A stretch of 64,000 bases of DNA, taken from Malacoraja senta. Its lineage: Eukaryota. The position numbers and the translations under genes are program-made. Position 1 is the first letter of the stretch. Each line of letters opens with the position of its first letter. The DNA is taken from the NCBI GenBank assembly GCA_038087875.1, contig CM075995.1, positions 7,194,001-7,258,000 on the forward strand, in the 5' to 3' direction. Below are positions 49,088 to 62,072 of the stretch, piece after piece. Below the pieces are notes generated by a model. The model saw nothing but the letters and a program-made list of their open reading frames with translations, was not told the DNA's origin and did no database searches.

Positions 49088-49816
49088 CAATAGACAATAG
49101 ACAATAGGTACAGGAGTAGGCCATTCGGCCCTTCGAGCCCGCACCGCCATTCAATGTGATCATGGCTGATCATCCCCAATCAGTACCCCGTTCCTGCCTT
49201 CTCCCCATATCCCCTGACTCCGCTATTTTTAAGAGCCCTATCTAGCTCTCTCTTGAAAGCATCCAGAGAAACCTGCCTCCACGCGCCTCTGAGGCAGAGA
49301 ATTCCACAGACTCACCACTCTCTGTGAGAAAATTCTTTTTGTGGAATTCCCTGCCACAGAGGGCAGTGGAGGCCAAATCACTGGATGGATTTAAGAGAGA
49401 GTTAGATAGAGCTCTGAGGGTCAGTGGAATCAAGGATATGGGAGAAGGCAGGCACGGGTTATTGATTGGGGACGATCAGCCGTGATCACAATGAATGGCG
49501 GTGCTGGATCGAAGGGCTGATTGGCCTCCTCCTGCACCTATTTTCTATGTTTCTATGTAAAAAGTTCTAAATGGCTTACCCCTTAATCTTAAACTGTGGC
49601 CCCTGGTTCTGAACTTCCCCAACATCGGGAACATGTCTCCTGCCTCTAGCGTGTCCAAACCCTTAACAATCTTATATGTTTCAATAAGATATCCTCTCAT
49701 CCTTCTAAACTCCAGAGAGTACAAGCCCAGCCGCTCTATTCTCTCAGCATATGACAGTCCCGCCATCCCGGGAATTACCCTTGTAAACCTACGCTGCACT
49801 CCCTCAATAGCAAGAA
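49088..49816 (-). mobile_element. Minus-strand CR1 with an opposite-orientation CR1 3' end nested at ~49336-49558
   Basis: The reverse CR1 is interrupted after CTCTGTGAGAAAA and resumes at GTTCTAAATGG. Confidence 0.8.
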
Positions 49817-50007
49817 TATTCCTACTGCGCTCCAAGCAATAAAGTCCTAGCCTGTCCAACCGCTCCCTATAGCTCAGGCCCTCGAGTCCTGGCAACATCC
49901 TCGTAATTCCTCTCTGCACTCTTCGCAGCGTGACAACTTCCGCCCTGCAGCAGGGCGACCAAACTGAACACAGTACCCCAAATATTCCGAAGAGGGGTCC
50001 CAACCTG

Positions 50008-50279
50008 AAACGTCACCTATCCATGTTCTTCTCCACAGATGCTGCCTGACCCGCTGAGTTACTCCAGCACTCTGTGAAACCTCACCTATCCATGTTCTCC
50101 ACAGATGCTGCCTGACCCGCTGAGTTACTCCAGCACTCTGTGAAACGTCACCTATCCACGTTCTCCACAGATGCTGCCTGACCCGCTGAGTTACTCCAGC
50201 ACTCTGTGAAACGTCACCTATCCATGTTCTCCAGAGATGCTGCCTGACCCGCTGAGTACTCCAGCACTCTGTGAAACGT
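50008..50279 (+). repeat. 66-bp tandem array (~4 units), inverted counterpart of 41539-41814
   Basis: Unit GAAACGTCACCTATCCATGTTCTCCACAGATGCTGCCTGACCCGCTGAGTTACTCCAGCACTCTGT. Confidence 0.9.
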
Positions 50280-53200
50280 TCCCGATGTTGGGGGAGTCCA
50301 GAACCAGGGGTCACACAGTTTAAGAATAAGGGGTAGGCCATTTAGGACTGAGATGAGGGAAAACGTTTTCACCCAGAAAGTTGTGAATCTGCGGAATTCG
50401 CTGCCACAGAAGGCAGTGGAGGCCAATTCACTGGATGTTTTCAAGAGAGAGTTAGATTTAGCTCTTAGTGCTACGGAATCAAGGGATATGGGGAAAAAGC
50501 AGGAACGGGGTACTGATTGTGGATGGTGAGCCATGATCATCTTGAATGGCGGTGCTGGCTCGAAGGGCCGAATGGCCTACTCCGGCACCTGTTTTTCTTC
50601 TATGCTTCTGTGTTTCTCTGTTTCCATCTGCAGTTCCTTCCAACACACTGAATGAAGACAGATGTTTCTGCGGTATTTTTGTCTATAGAGCGCGGTGCCA
50701 AACCTTGGTTACCAGACTTACAATGTTCTACACATTGCATGTAAAGACTTGTTGACAACGTATTGGGAAAAGTCTTGAATCTCAGCAGAATGAAGGGGGT
50801 GGGAGGGAGTGAGCTGATCAAAGGTGCAAACAAACGGCTCGTAGAACGTGGTGCTACAAAGCACAAAGCGATCCAGCAGCGTGAAAAGGTGAAAACTGGA
50901 ACAGGAGTGTGTTGAAGGTGTGAAAATGGTGTCCTGGCTGGTGCAAATGGGTGCTTAGAAAACGGACACATCTTAGAATCATAGAAAATAAATGCAGGAG
51001 TAGGCCATTCGGCCCTTCGAGCCAGCACCGCCATTCAATATGATCATGGCTGATCTTCCAAAATCAGTACCCCCCGTTCCTGCTTTCTCCCCAAATCCCT
51101 TGATTCCGTTAGCCCTAAGAGATAAATCTAACATGCCCCATCTACACTAGTCCCACCTGCCTGTAATTGGCCCATATCCTTCTAAACTTATCCTATCCAT
51201 TTGGAACTGGGATGTGGAAAAACCTTTTCACCCAGAGAGTTGTGAATTTGTGGAATTTCTCTGCCTCTGAAAAGCAGTGGAGGCCAATTCACTGGATGCA
51301 TTCAAAAGAGAGTTAGATAGAGCTCAAGGGATATGGGGAGAAGGCAGGAATGGAGTACTGATTGAATATGATCACATTGAATGGCGGTGCTGGCTCGAAG
51401 GGCCGAATGGCCTACTCCTGCACCTATTGTCTATATATCTATGTATGAATCAAGCCCTACTCTGCTTAACCTCTCCCTGTAGCTCAGGCCCTCGAGTCCT
51501 GGCAGTGTCCTCGTAAACATGTTTTCCACAGGTTAGCTTGCCTTTGCAGTCTCTTGACAGGTTGGCTGGTGACCATCAAGAAATAGAATATAGAGCAACA
51601 TAGCACAGGAATCGGCCCTTCGGCCCGCAGTTTCTGTGCCGAACATGATGCCAAGACCAACTCGTATCTGCGGCATCCCCCCTCCCCCCCCATTCCCTGC
51701 TTAAGCTCATTGGTGGTAGGAGCAGAGTTAGGCCATTCAGCCCATCAAGTCTACTCCACCATGCTGAGAGAATGGAGCAGCTGGGCTTGTACACACTGGA
51801 GTTTAGAAGGATGAGAGGGTATCTCATTGAAACATATAAGATTGTTAAGGGCTTGGACACACTTAGAGGCAGGAAATATGTTCCCGATGTTGGGGGAGTC
51901 CAGAACCAAGGGCCATAGTTTAAGAATAAGGGGTAAGCCATTTAGAACGGAGACGAGGAAACACTTTTTCTCGCAGAGAGTGGTGAGTCTGTGGAATTCT
52001 CTGCCTCAGAGGGCGGTGGAGGCAGGTTCTCTGGATGCTTTCAAGAGAGAGCTAGATAGGGCTCTTAAAAATAGCGGAGTCAGGGGATATGGGGAGAAGG
52101 CAGGAACGGGGTACTGATTGGGAATGATCAGTCATGATCACATTGAATGGCGATGCTAGCTCGAAGGGCCGAATGACCTACTCCTGCACCTCATTGTCTA
52201 TTGCCTATTGCCATTCAATCATGGCTGATCTATCTCTCCCTCTCGACCCCATTCTCCTGCCTTCTCCCCCCTATAACCCCTGACACCAGTACTAATCAAG
52301 AATCTATCAATGTCCGCCTTAAAATTCGACTTGGCCTCCACAGCCGTCTGTGGCGATGAATTCCACAGATTCACCGCCCGCTGACTAAAGAAATACATGG
52401 CAGACAAAAAATGCTGGAGAAACTCAGCGGGTGAGGCAGCATCAATGGGAGCGAAGGAATCGGTGGCGTTTCGGGTCGAGACCCTGATGTGGGGGTGGGG
52501 GGCGGGAAGAAGAATCACAGAGGGGGTGCAGTGAGAGAGGAGGTTGTTAAAAATGTCTTCGGAGAGAGGAGGAGAACCTCTTCAAAGAAGGCGTACCTTG
52601 AGGAGATTTCGCGGTGGAGTAGACAAAGTGTTTATACATCCTCGTCTCCTTTCTAAAGATACGGCCTTTAATTCTGAGGCCGTGGCCTCTGCTCCTAGAC
52701 TCTCCCACCAGTGGAGACGTCCTCTCCACATCCACTCTATCCAGGCCTTTAGCTGTCCGTTAAGTTTCAATGAGGTCCCGCCCCCCCCCCCCCCACCCCC
52801 CCCCCCCCCCCTTACTCTGCAGTTTCTTGTTTCCACATGAAGGCAGAACAGGGCTGGTATTTTCGTCACTGATTTCTCCGGGCAAGGTGCAATCACCACC
52901 GCAGTGATACAAATCCACGTGGACCCGAGCCAATCGCCTCAAGGTCACGTCAACGTCAACTCCCAGTCATACCAGGAAGTAACAAAACAATGTTAATCAC
53001 CGCTGAGCGCTTGATTTGTCTGTCTGAGGATTTATCTGCGGTAACACAGACAAAATATTTCTCAGGATGAGGTACGTCGGTTTTAATCTGAGCAGCGGAA
53101 ACATAATGTAAGCCTCCTGTAGGGTCACCAATGGACAGAGAATAGGCGAGCAGACTGGTCGAGTTGAGTTCAGTTTATCGTCACCTGTACCGAGGTACAG

Positions 53201-54519
53201 CGAAAAGCCTTTTGTCGCCTGCTAACCAGCCAGCGGAAAGACAAGACGTGATTACAATCGAGGTTCACCAGGTTAATTCCCGGGATGGCGGGACTGTCAC
53301 ATGCTGAGTGAATGGAGCGGCTGGGCTTGTACACTCTGGAGTTTAGAAGGATGAGAGGGCATCTCGTTGAAACATATAAGATTGTTAAGGGTTTGGACAC
53401 GCTTAGAGGCAGGAAACATGTTCCCGATGTTGGGGGGAGTCCAGAACCAGGGGCCACACAGTTTAAGAATAAGGGGTAGGTCCTTTCGAACGGAGACGAG
53501 GAAACACTTTTTCTCACAGAGAGTGGTGAGTCTGTGGAATTCTCTGCCTCAGAGGGCGGTGGAGGCAGGTTCTCTGGATGCTTTCAAGAGAGAGCTAGAT
53601 AGGGCTCTTAAAGATAGCGGAGTCAGGGGATACGGGGAGAAGGCAGGAACGGGGTACTGATTGGGGATGATCAGCCATGATCACATTGAATCAAAGGGCC
53701 GAATGGCCTACTCCTGCACCTATTGTCTATTGTCTATTGAGCCGTTCACAGTGTGCGGATACATGATGCGTGCTAATGTACATGATGGTTGTTGGTTGGC
53801 GTGGACGCGGTGGGCCGAAGGGCCTGTTTCCGCACTGTATCGCTGAGGCGTAAACATAATGGGAATATCGTTCAGTGCAAGATGAAGTTTAGTAAAGTCT
53901 GATTAAAGATAGTCCGAGGGTCTCCAATGAGGTGGATGGTAGCTCAGGACCGCTCTCTAGTTGTTGGTAGGATGGTTCAGTTGCCTGATAACAGCTGGGA
54001 AGAAACTGTCCCTGAATCTGGAGGTGTGCATTTTCACACTTTTGATGGGAGAGGGGAGAAGAGGGAGTGGCTGGGGTGCGACTGGTCCTCGATAATGCTG
54101 CTGGCCTTGCCGAGGCAGCGTGAGGCAATAGACAATAGACAATAGGTCTATTTGGCCCTTCGAGCCAGCACCGCCATTCAATGTGATCATGGCTGGTCAT
54201 CCCCAATCAGTACCCCGTTCCTGCCTTCTCCCCATATCCCTGACTCTGCTATTTTTAAGAGCCTTATCTAGCTCTCTCTTGAAAGCATCCAGAGAACCGG
54301 CCTCCACCGCCCTCTGAGGCAGAGAATTCCACAGACTCACCACTCTCTGTGAGAAAAAGTGTTTCCTCATCTCCGTTCTAAATGGCTTACTCCTTATTCT
54401 TAAACTGTGGCCCCATCTATGGCGTAGATGGGGTCAAAGGAAGGGAGGTTGGTCTGTGTGATGGTCTGGGCTGCGTCCACAATTCTATCCACATACCTCA
54501 CCATGAAGGCTGCATTGGG

Positions 54520-55043
54520 AGCATTGTGTTCATTTTTGGGCACCACATTATAGGAAAGATATTGTCAAGCTGGAAAAAGGTGCAGAGAAGGATGCTGCCA
54601 GGACACGAGGGACTGAGCTATAGGGAGAGGTTGAGTAGGCTGGGTTCTGTTCCCTGAAGCGCAGGAGGATGAGGGTGTTGTTATAGAGGTGTATAAAATC
54701 ATGAGAGGAATAGGCGCACAGTCTCTTGCCCAGACTAGAGGAATCGAGAGCCAGAGGACATAGGTTTAAGGTGAGGGGAGAAAGATTTAATAAGAACCTG
54801 AGGGGTAACCTTTGCACGCAGAGGGTGGTGGGTGTATGGAACGAGCTGCTGGAGGAGGTAGTGGTTGAGTCAGGTACGATCGCAATGTTTAAGAAACATT
54901 TAGACAGGTACATGGATAGGGCAGGTTCAGGTGGTATATGGGCCAAACGCAGGCAGGTGGGACTAGCGTAGATGGGGAGTGTTGGCCAGTGTGGGCAAGT
55001 TGGGCTGAAGGGCCTGTTTCCACGCTGTATCACTCTATGACTC
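54520..55043 (+). mobile_element. CR1/HER1-like LINE 3' fragment whose tail matches the V-SINE tail
   Basis: RARGHRFKVRG...RVVGVWNEL; it ends GGGCTGAAGGGCCTGTTTCCACGCTGTATC, similar to the SINE 3' ends. Confidence 0.78.
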
Positions 55044-55259
55044 TAATCTTCTCTGCAACCCTTTCCGGGTTGACAACACCAATCCAGCTAGGCGACAGTT
55101 GTGATCGACGCAGAAAGCTGGAGTAACTCAGCGGGACAGGCAGCACCTCTGGAGAGAAGGAATGGGTGACGTTTTGGGTCAGGGACCCTTCCTCAGAGAT
55201 GACGAGATGCCGCCCGCCACGCTGAGTTCCTCCAGCAATTTGTGACCGTCATCAGTGTA

Positions 55260-57400
55260 AAGTCCAGAACCAGGGGCCGCACAGTTTAAGAATAAGGAGT
55301 AAGCCATTTGGAACGGAGACGAGGAAACACTTTTTCACACAGTCTGAAGAAGGGTTTCGGCCCCGAAACGTTGCCTATTTCCTTCGCTCCATAGATGCTG
55401 CTGCACCCGCTGAGTTTCTCCAGCATTTTTGTCTACCTTTTCACACAGAGAGTTGTGAGTCTGTGGAATTCTCTGCCTCAGAGGGCGGCGGAGGCCGGAT
55501 CTCTGGATAACTTACAAGATTCTTAAGGGGTTGGACAGGCTAGATGCAGGAAGATTATTCCCAATGTTGGGGAAGTCCAGAACAAGGGGTCACAGTTTAA
55601 GGATAAAGGGGAAGTCTTTTAGGACCGAGATGAGAAAATCATTTTTCACACAGAGAGTGGTGAATCTGTGGAATTCTCTGCCACAGAAGGTAGTTGAGGC
55701 CAGTTCATTGGCTATATTTAAGAGGGAGTTAGATGTGGCCCTTGTGGCTAAAGGGATCAGGGGGTATGGAGAGAAGGCAGGTACAGGATACTGAGTTGGA
55801 TGATCAGCCATGATCATATTGAATGGCGGTGCAGGCTCGAAGGGCCAAATGGCCTACTCCTGCACCTATTTCTATGTTTCTATGTTTCTATGTTTCTATA
55901 CTTTCAAGAGAGAGCTAGATAGGGCTCGTAAAGATAGCGGAGTCAGGGGATATGGGGAGAAGGCAGGAACGGGGTACTGATTGGGGATGATCGGCCATGA
56001 TCACATTGAATGGCGGTGCTGGCTCGAAGGGCCGAATGGCCTACTGCTGCACCTATTGTCTATTGTCTATTGTCTATTGACCAGCATCTGCAGTTCCTTC
56101 CTGGACAACAGTTGTTCCCGGTGCTTGTGGTGAGGTTCAATGCTGGACCGGGCTTCAAACCCACACACAGCTGACACAAGAGTATTTGCCAGTCAAAAGG
56201 TGAAACTCTATCCCCAATATCCTCAACATGCAAATAGGAATCATGGAGGAACAGAATCCAAAGTTACATTTGGTCCGCGATTGGGTGTCAGAGGTGTGCG
56301 CGTGTCGAGACTGCCTCCAAGAATGGGAGGTTTTGAACAGAGTCAAAGGGATATTTCGGATCCTCTTGCCTGCATATTAATTCTGCATCACATAACAGTC
56401 ATCGAGTGATACAGTGTGGAGGCACACAATAGAGGCATAGAGTGATACTGAGAAGGATGAGAGGATGTCTCATTAAAACATAATAATAATAATAATAGAT
56501 TTTATTTCTATAGCGCTTTTCAGGACTCAAAGTCGCTTATAACATATAAGATTATTAAGGGTTTGGACACGCTAGAGGCAGGAAAAGACTAGGCTTGTAT
56601 TCACTGGAGTTTAGAAGGATGAGGGGGGATCTTATAGAAACGAATAAAATTATAAAAGGACTTGACAAGCTAGATGCAGGAAAAATGTTCCCAATGTTGG
56701 GCGAGTCCAGAACCAGGGGCCACACAGTCTTAGAATAAAGGGGAGGTCATTTAAGACTGAGGTGAGAAAAAACGTTTTCACCCAGAGAGTTGTGAATTTA
56801 TGGAATTCCCTGCCACAGAGGGCAGTGGAGGCCAAGTCACTGGATGGATTTAAGAGAGAGTTAGATAGAGCTCTAGGGGCTAGTGGAGTCAAGGGATATG
56901 GGGAGAAGGTAGGCACGGGTTATTGATTGGGGACGATCAGCCATGATCACAATGAATGGCGGTGCTGGCTCGAAGGGCCGAATGGCCTCCTCCTGCACCT
57001 ATTTTCTATGTTTCTATGTTTCTATGATGTTGGGGGAGTCCAGAACCAGGGGCCACAGTTTAAGAATAAGGGGTAGGCCGTTTAGGACGGAGACGAGGAA
57101 ACACTTTTTCTCACAGAGAGTGGTGAGTCTGTGGAATTCTCTGCCTCAGAGGGTGGTGGAGGCAGGTTCTCTGGATGCTTTCAAGAGAGAGCTAGATAGG
57201 GCTCTTAAAGAAACCGAAGGGCCTGTTTCCTGCCTCTAGCGTGTCCAAACCCTTAATAATCTTATATATTTCAATAAGATCACCTCCAAGAAAGAAGGCA
57301 GGAACGGGGTACTGATTGGGGATGAACAGCCATGATCACATTGAATGGCGGTGCAGGCTTGAAGGGCTGCATGGCCTACTCCTGCACTTAATGTCTATTG
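55260..57400 (+). mobile_element. Cluster of nested CR1 3' fragments plus a Penelope-like repeat
   Basis: Several interleaved CR1 ends (e.g. 55510-55898, 56585-57025), with a non-TE island at ~56110-56400. Confidence 0.75.
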
Positions 57401-59209
57401 AAACAGGCCCTTCAGCCCAACCTGCCCACGCCGGCCAACATGCCCCAGCCTTGCCCACGTTTGGTCCATATCCTTCCAAATGTACCTTTCCAAGTCATCG
57501 CGTGATACAGTGTGGAAACAGGCCCTTTGGCCCAACATGTCCCAGCTAATGTTTCATGTGTCATTCCTAACTGCCACTGTATGTCATGTTGTCACTTGCG
57601 GGCGGAGCACCGAGGCAAATTCCTTGTATGTGAATACTTGGCCAATAAACTTATTCATTCATTCATACATTCACTAGTCCTACCTGCCAGCATTTGGTCC
57701 ATAGCCCTCCAAACCTGTTCTATCCATGTACCTGTCTAACTGCTTCTTAAATGTTGGGGTAGTCCCAGCCTCAACTACCTCCTCTGGCAGCTCGTTCCAT
57801 ACACCCACCACCCTTTGTGTGTGAGCAAAAAGTTACCCCTCAGATTCCTATTAATCCCTCACCTTAAACCTATGTCCTCTGGTCCTCGATTCCCCTACTC
57901 TGGGCAAGAGACTCTGTGCGTCGTCTATTCCTCCCGTGATTTTTGCACACCCCTATAAGATCACCCCCTCGTCCTCCTGCGCTCCAATGGGACAGAGGCC
58001 CAGCCCGCTCAAACCTCTCCCTGCAGCTCAGGCCCTCGAGTCCTGGCAAACCTCCTCGTTGAAAAAGAGTGCCGGAGCTGTGCCTGTGTGAGTCGGCACC
58101 ACCTCCAAGAATGGGGAGGTTTCGAATCGAGTCATCGGGATATTTCGGGTGTTCGAGCTTGCAAATTAATTCTGCATCAGATCCTTTCTAATTTTAGCCC
58201 TCGCCGTGAGCGGCAGGGCCCAGGAGTTGTAAGCTCGTCAGCCTCCATAAAAATCACATTGGAAATATACGGGAAGGAGTTTCCTTGACAAAAGTGTTGG
58301 CAGTGTTAAGCATTTGCACGGGTGAAATGTTCCAAGCCATAGATTATTTTTTTGTAGTGCTACAGTGTCACGGGATCAACCGCCCCGAATTTCCTTCATC
58401 CGTTTTGTTTTTATCTCGAGAGTAGATTTTTTTTTTTTTTGGAGTCCTTGGTGTCGTGAGTTCAAACAGTTAGCGTCGGAAGCCTCAAAGCATCGCCGCC
58501 TGTGTAGATTGAGTGGAACGTCTGTGGACGGGTAAGGTACAGTCCAATGCAGACTTGTGGAGTAATCTTGTCTTAACAATCTAACAGGTTGCAGGGACTA
58601 GCCAGCCACTGGACGCCGCAGTTGTGAATCTGTGGAATTTCTCTGCCACTGAAGGCAGTGGAGGCCAATCCACTGGATGTTTTCAAGAGAGAGTTAGACT
58701 TATCTCTTACGGCTGACGGAATCAAGGGATATGGGACAAAAGGGACAGAAGTTTAGGGGCAACATGAGGGGGGAACTTCTTTACTCAGAGAGTGGTAGCT
58801 GTGTGGAATGAGCTTCCAGTGGAAGTGGCGGAGGCAGGTTCGTTTTTATCATTTAAAAATAAATTGGATAGGTATATGGACGGGAAAGGGATGGAGGGTT
58901 ATGGTCTGAGTGCAGGTAGATGGGGACTAGGTGAGAGGAAGTGTTCGGCACGGACTAGAAGGCCGAGATGGCCTGTTTCCGTGCTGTAATTGTTATATGG
59001 TTATATGGTTATATGGGGAGAAAGCTAGGAAAGGTTACTGATTGTGGATGATCAGGCATGATCATATTGAACGCAGGCTCGAAGGGCCGGATAGCCTACT
59101 CCTGCAGCTATTTTCTATGTTTCTATGTTTCACAGCCTTGATGTAATATTTTTTTAATTCACTGCTCTGATCTTGTGGATAGATGCATCTTATAAGTTTC
59201 ATTATTACA

Positions 59210-59478
59210 TTGCATGCCTTGTTGTCACCTTCCCCCAGCTAACAAATAATCTATTCAACATTTTCCTTGAGCTTAGTCCCCTTTGATCTCTCGTTTTCAC
59301 ACCTTACCCTTCCATATCTCACGTTTCCCTCTACCCTGACTCTCAGTCTGATGAAGGGTCTCGACCTGAAACGTCACCCATTCCTTCTCTCCAGAGATGC
59401 TTCCTGTCCCCGCTGAGTTACTCCAGCATTTTGTGTCCTTCATCGGTGTAAACCAGCATCTGCAGTTCCTTCCTACAC
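59210..59478 (+). mobile_element. Penelope-like element terminal repeat (longest copy here) with hammerhead-like core
   Basis: Pyrimidine-rich leader, CTGATGA-A-GGGTC-TC-GACCT-GAAACGTC (59348-59375), then the GATGC..CC..GCTGAGTTACTCCAGC arm shared by many copies. Confidence 0.65.
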
Positions 59479-59724
59479 ATCCCAACTTAGTCATAGAGTC
59501 ATACAGTGTTGAAACAGGCCCTTCGGCCCAACTTGCCCTCACCGACCAACATGTCCCATCACACATGTCCCACCTGCCTGCGTTTGACCCATATCTCTTT
59601 AAACCTGTCCTATCCATGTACCTGTCTAATTGCTTCTTAAACGTTGCGATAGTCCCTGTCTCAACAACCTCCTCCGGCAGCTCGTTCCATACACCCACCA
59701 CCCTTTGTGTTTAAGAAGTTAGTA

Positions 59725-60232
59725 CAACCTTTAATGCAAGAATAAGTCCAGTAAAGTTCAATTAAAGATAGTCCGAGAGTCTCACATGAGGTAGATAGTA
59801 ATTCAGGACCGCTCTCTGGTTGTGGTAGGACGGTTCAGTTGCCTGATAACAGCTGGGAAGAAACTGTCTCTGAATCTGGAGGTGTGCGTTTTCACAATTC
59901 TGTACCTCTTGCCCGATGGGAGAGGGGAGAAGAGGGAGTGGCCGGGGTGCGACTGGTCCTTGATTATGCTGCTGGCCTTGCCGAGGCAGCGTGAGGTGTA
60001 GATGGAGTCAATGAAAGGGAGGTTGGTTTGTGCGACGGTCTGGGCTGCGTCCACAATTCTCTGCAATTTCTTGCTGGTCTTGGATGGAGCTGTACCCAAA
60101 CCGAGCCGTGACGCATCCCGATAAAATGCTTTCTGCGGCGCATCTGTAGAAGTTGGTGAGAGTTGTCGGGGACGTGCCGAACCTCCTGAGCCGTCTAAGG
60201 AAGTGGAGGCGTTGGTGTGCTTCCTTGGTCAT
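59725..60232 (-). mobile_element. Rex1/Babar-like 3' fragment
   Basis: KEAHQRLHFLRRLRRFG...SHPGHSLFSPLPSGKRYR...FRDSFFPAVIRQLN. Confidence 0.8.
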
Positions 60233-60353
60233 TGTTTCTCAAAAAACAGAGAACCAAGGTGGGGAGGTACGGTGGCGCAGCGGTAGAGTTGCTGCCTCAC
60301 AGCGCGAGAGACCCGGGTTCGATCCTGACCGCGAGTGCTCAGTTTCCTCCCAC

Positions 60354-60772
60354 AAAGATCCTCCTCCATGTCTACAAAGCCCTCAATGGGCTTGCCCCCA
60401 CCTACATAAAAAGTCTTCTCACCCACCACACCACCTCCAGGCCCATCAGATCGGCTGACTTGGGGTTGCTGAATATCCCGCGGTCTAGGCATAAGCTCAG
60501 GGGCGACCGCGCCTTTGCGGTTGCAGCCCCTAGACTGTGGAACAGCATCCCCTTTCCCATCAGAACTGCCCCCTCCATCGACTCCTTTAAGTCAAGACTA
60601 AAGACTTATCTATACTCCCAAGCCTTTTCTTGACGTCCTCTGAGTGAGGGCTACATGTATATATGTATGTAGTTTGTCTGTTTATACTATTCTTATAACA
60701 AATGTAAAGCACTTTGGCCAACGAGAGTTGTTTTTTAAATGTGCTATATAAATAAATGTGACTTGACTTGAC
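60354..60772 (+). mobile_element. L2-clade LINE 3' end (same family as 2936-3420)
   Basis: KILLHVYKALNGLAP...GDRAFAVAAPRLWNSIP...FKSRLKTYL*, followed by AATAAA and a (TGACT)n tail. Confidence 0.82.
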
Positions 60773-60784
60773 ATTCCAAAGACC

Positions 60785-60984
60785 NNNNNNNNNNNNNNNN
60801 NNNNNNNNNNNNNNNNNNNNNNNNNNNNNNNNNNNNNNNNNNNNNNNNNNNNNNNNNNNNNNNNNNNNNNNNNNNNNNNNNNNNNNNNNNNNNNNNNNNN
60901 NNNNNNNNNNNNNNNNNNNNNNNNNNNNNNNNNNNNNNNNNNNNNNNNNNNNNNNNNNNNNNNNNNNNNNNNNNNNNNNNNNNN
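60785..60984. other. Assembly gap (200 N)
   Basis: Run of N. Confidence 0.98.
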
Positions 60985-61494
60985 ATGATCAGCCATGATC
61001 ACATTGAATAGCGGAGCTGGCTCGAAGGGCCAAATGGCCTACTCCTGCACCTATTGTCTATTGTCTATTGTCTATTGTCAAAGTTCGGAAACTTTAGCTA
61101 AGTTCTGATGAAATATTAGCCTGAAACATTAACTCCATTTCTCATTCCATATATGCCGTCTGATATTTTTCTCAGTTCTTTTTCCTGCAATTTTACTCTT
61201 GGTAACTTTTTCCTGTGAAGGCGCCCAAGGTGTTTTCCTGGGTTCAAGTTGCTTCTTCTGTTCGTGCATCACCTGTTATGTAATTGGGGCAATAAATGAT
61301 GCAACAGAATCTAATCAGTTGTAATTAAGTTCAAACAATGAATCAAAAAGGATGTTGCCAGGACTCGAGGTCTTGTGCTAGAGGAAAGGGGTTGAGCAGG
61401 CGAGGACTCTATTCCTGGAGTGTAGGAGGGTGAGGGGTGATCTTATAGAGACGTACAAACGCGTGAGAGGAAAAACATTACAACACACACCAAA

Positions 61495-62072
61495 ATTGCG
61501 TACAGTTTTGGTCTATTGCGTACAGTTTTGGTCTCCTAATCTGAGAAAGACATTCTTGCCATAGAGGGAGTACAGAGAAGGTTCACCAGACTGATTCCTG
61601 GGATGGCAGGACTTTCATATGAAGAAAGACTGGATAGACTCGGCTTGCACTCGCTAGAATTTAGAAGATTGAGGGGGGGGATCTTATAGAAACTTACAAA
61701 ATTCTTAAGGGGTTGGACAGGCTAGATGCAAGAAGATTGTTCCCGATGTTGGGGAAGTCCAGAACAAGGGGTCATAGTTTAAGGGTAAGGGGGAAGTCTT
61801 TAAGGACCGAGATGAGAAAAAAAAATTCCACACAGAGAGTGGTGAATCTGTGGAATTCTCTGACACAGAAAGTAGTTGAGGCCAGTTCATTGGCTATATT
61901 TAAGAGGGAGTTAGATGTGGCCCTTGTGGCTAAAGGGATCAGGGGGTATGGAGAGAAGGCAGGTACAGGATACTGAGTTGGATGATCAGCCATGATCATA
62001 TTGAATGGCGGTGCAGGCTCGAAGGGCCGAATGGCCTACTCCTGCACCTATTTTCTATGTTTCTATGTTTCT
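61495..62072 (+). mobile_element. CR1 LINE 3' fragment
   Basis: Same subfamily as 30645-31393; 20-bp tandem duplication at the 5' junction. Confidence 0.85.

Noticed and set aside
49874..50341. 155-aa ORF with 22-aa repeats
   Set aside because: It is the 66-bp tandem array read in frame, flanked by CR1 pieces.
50790..50915. Short 41-codon ORF (MKGVGGSELIKG...) in unique sequence
   Set aside because: No homology recognised and the length is within chance expectation.
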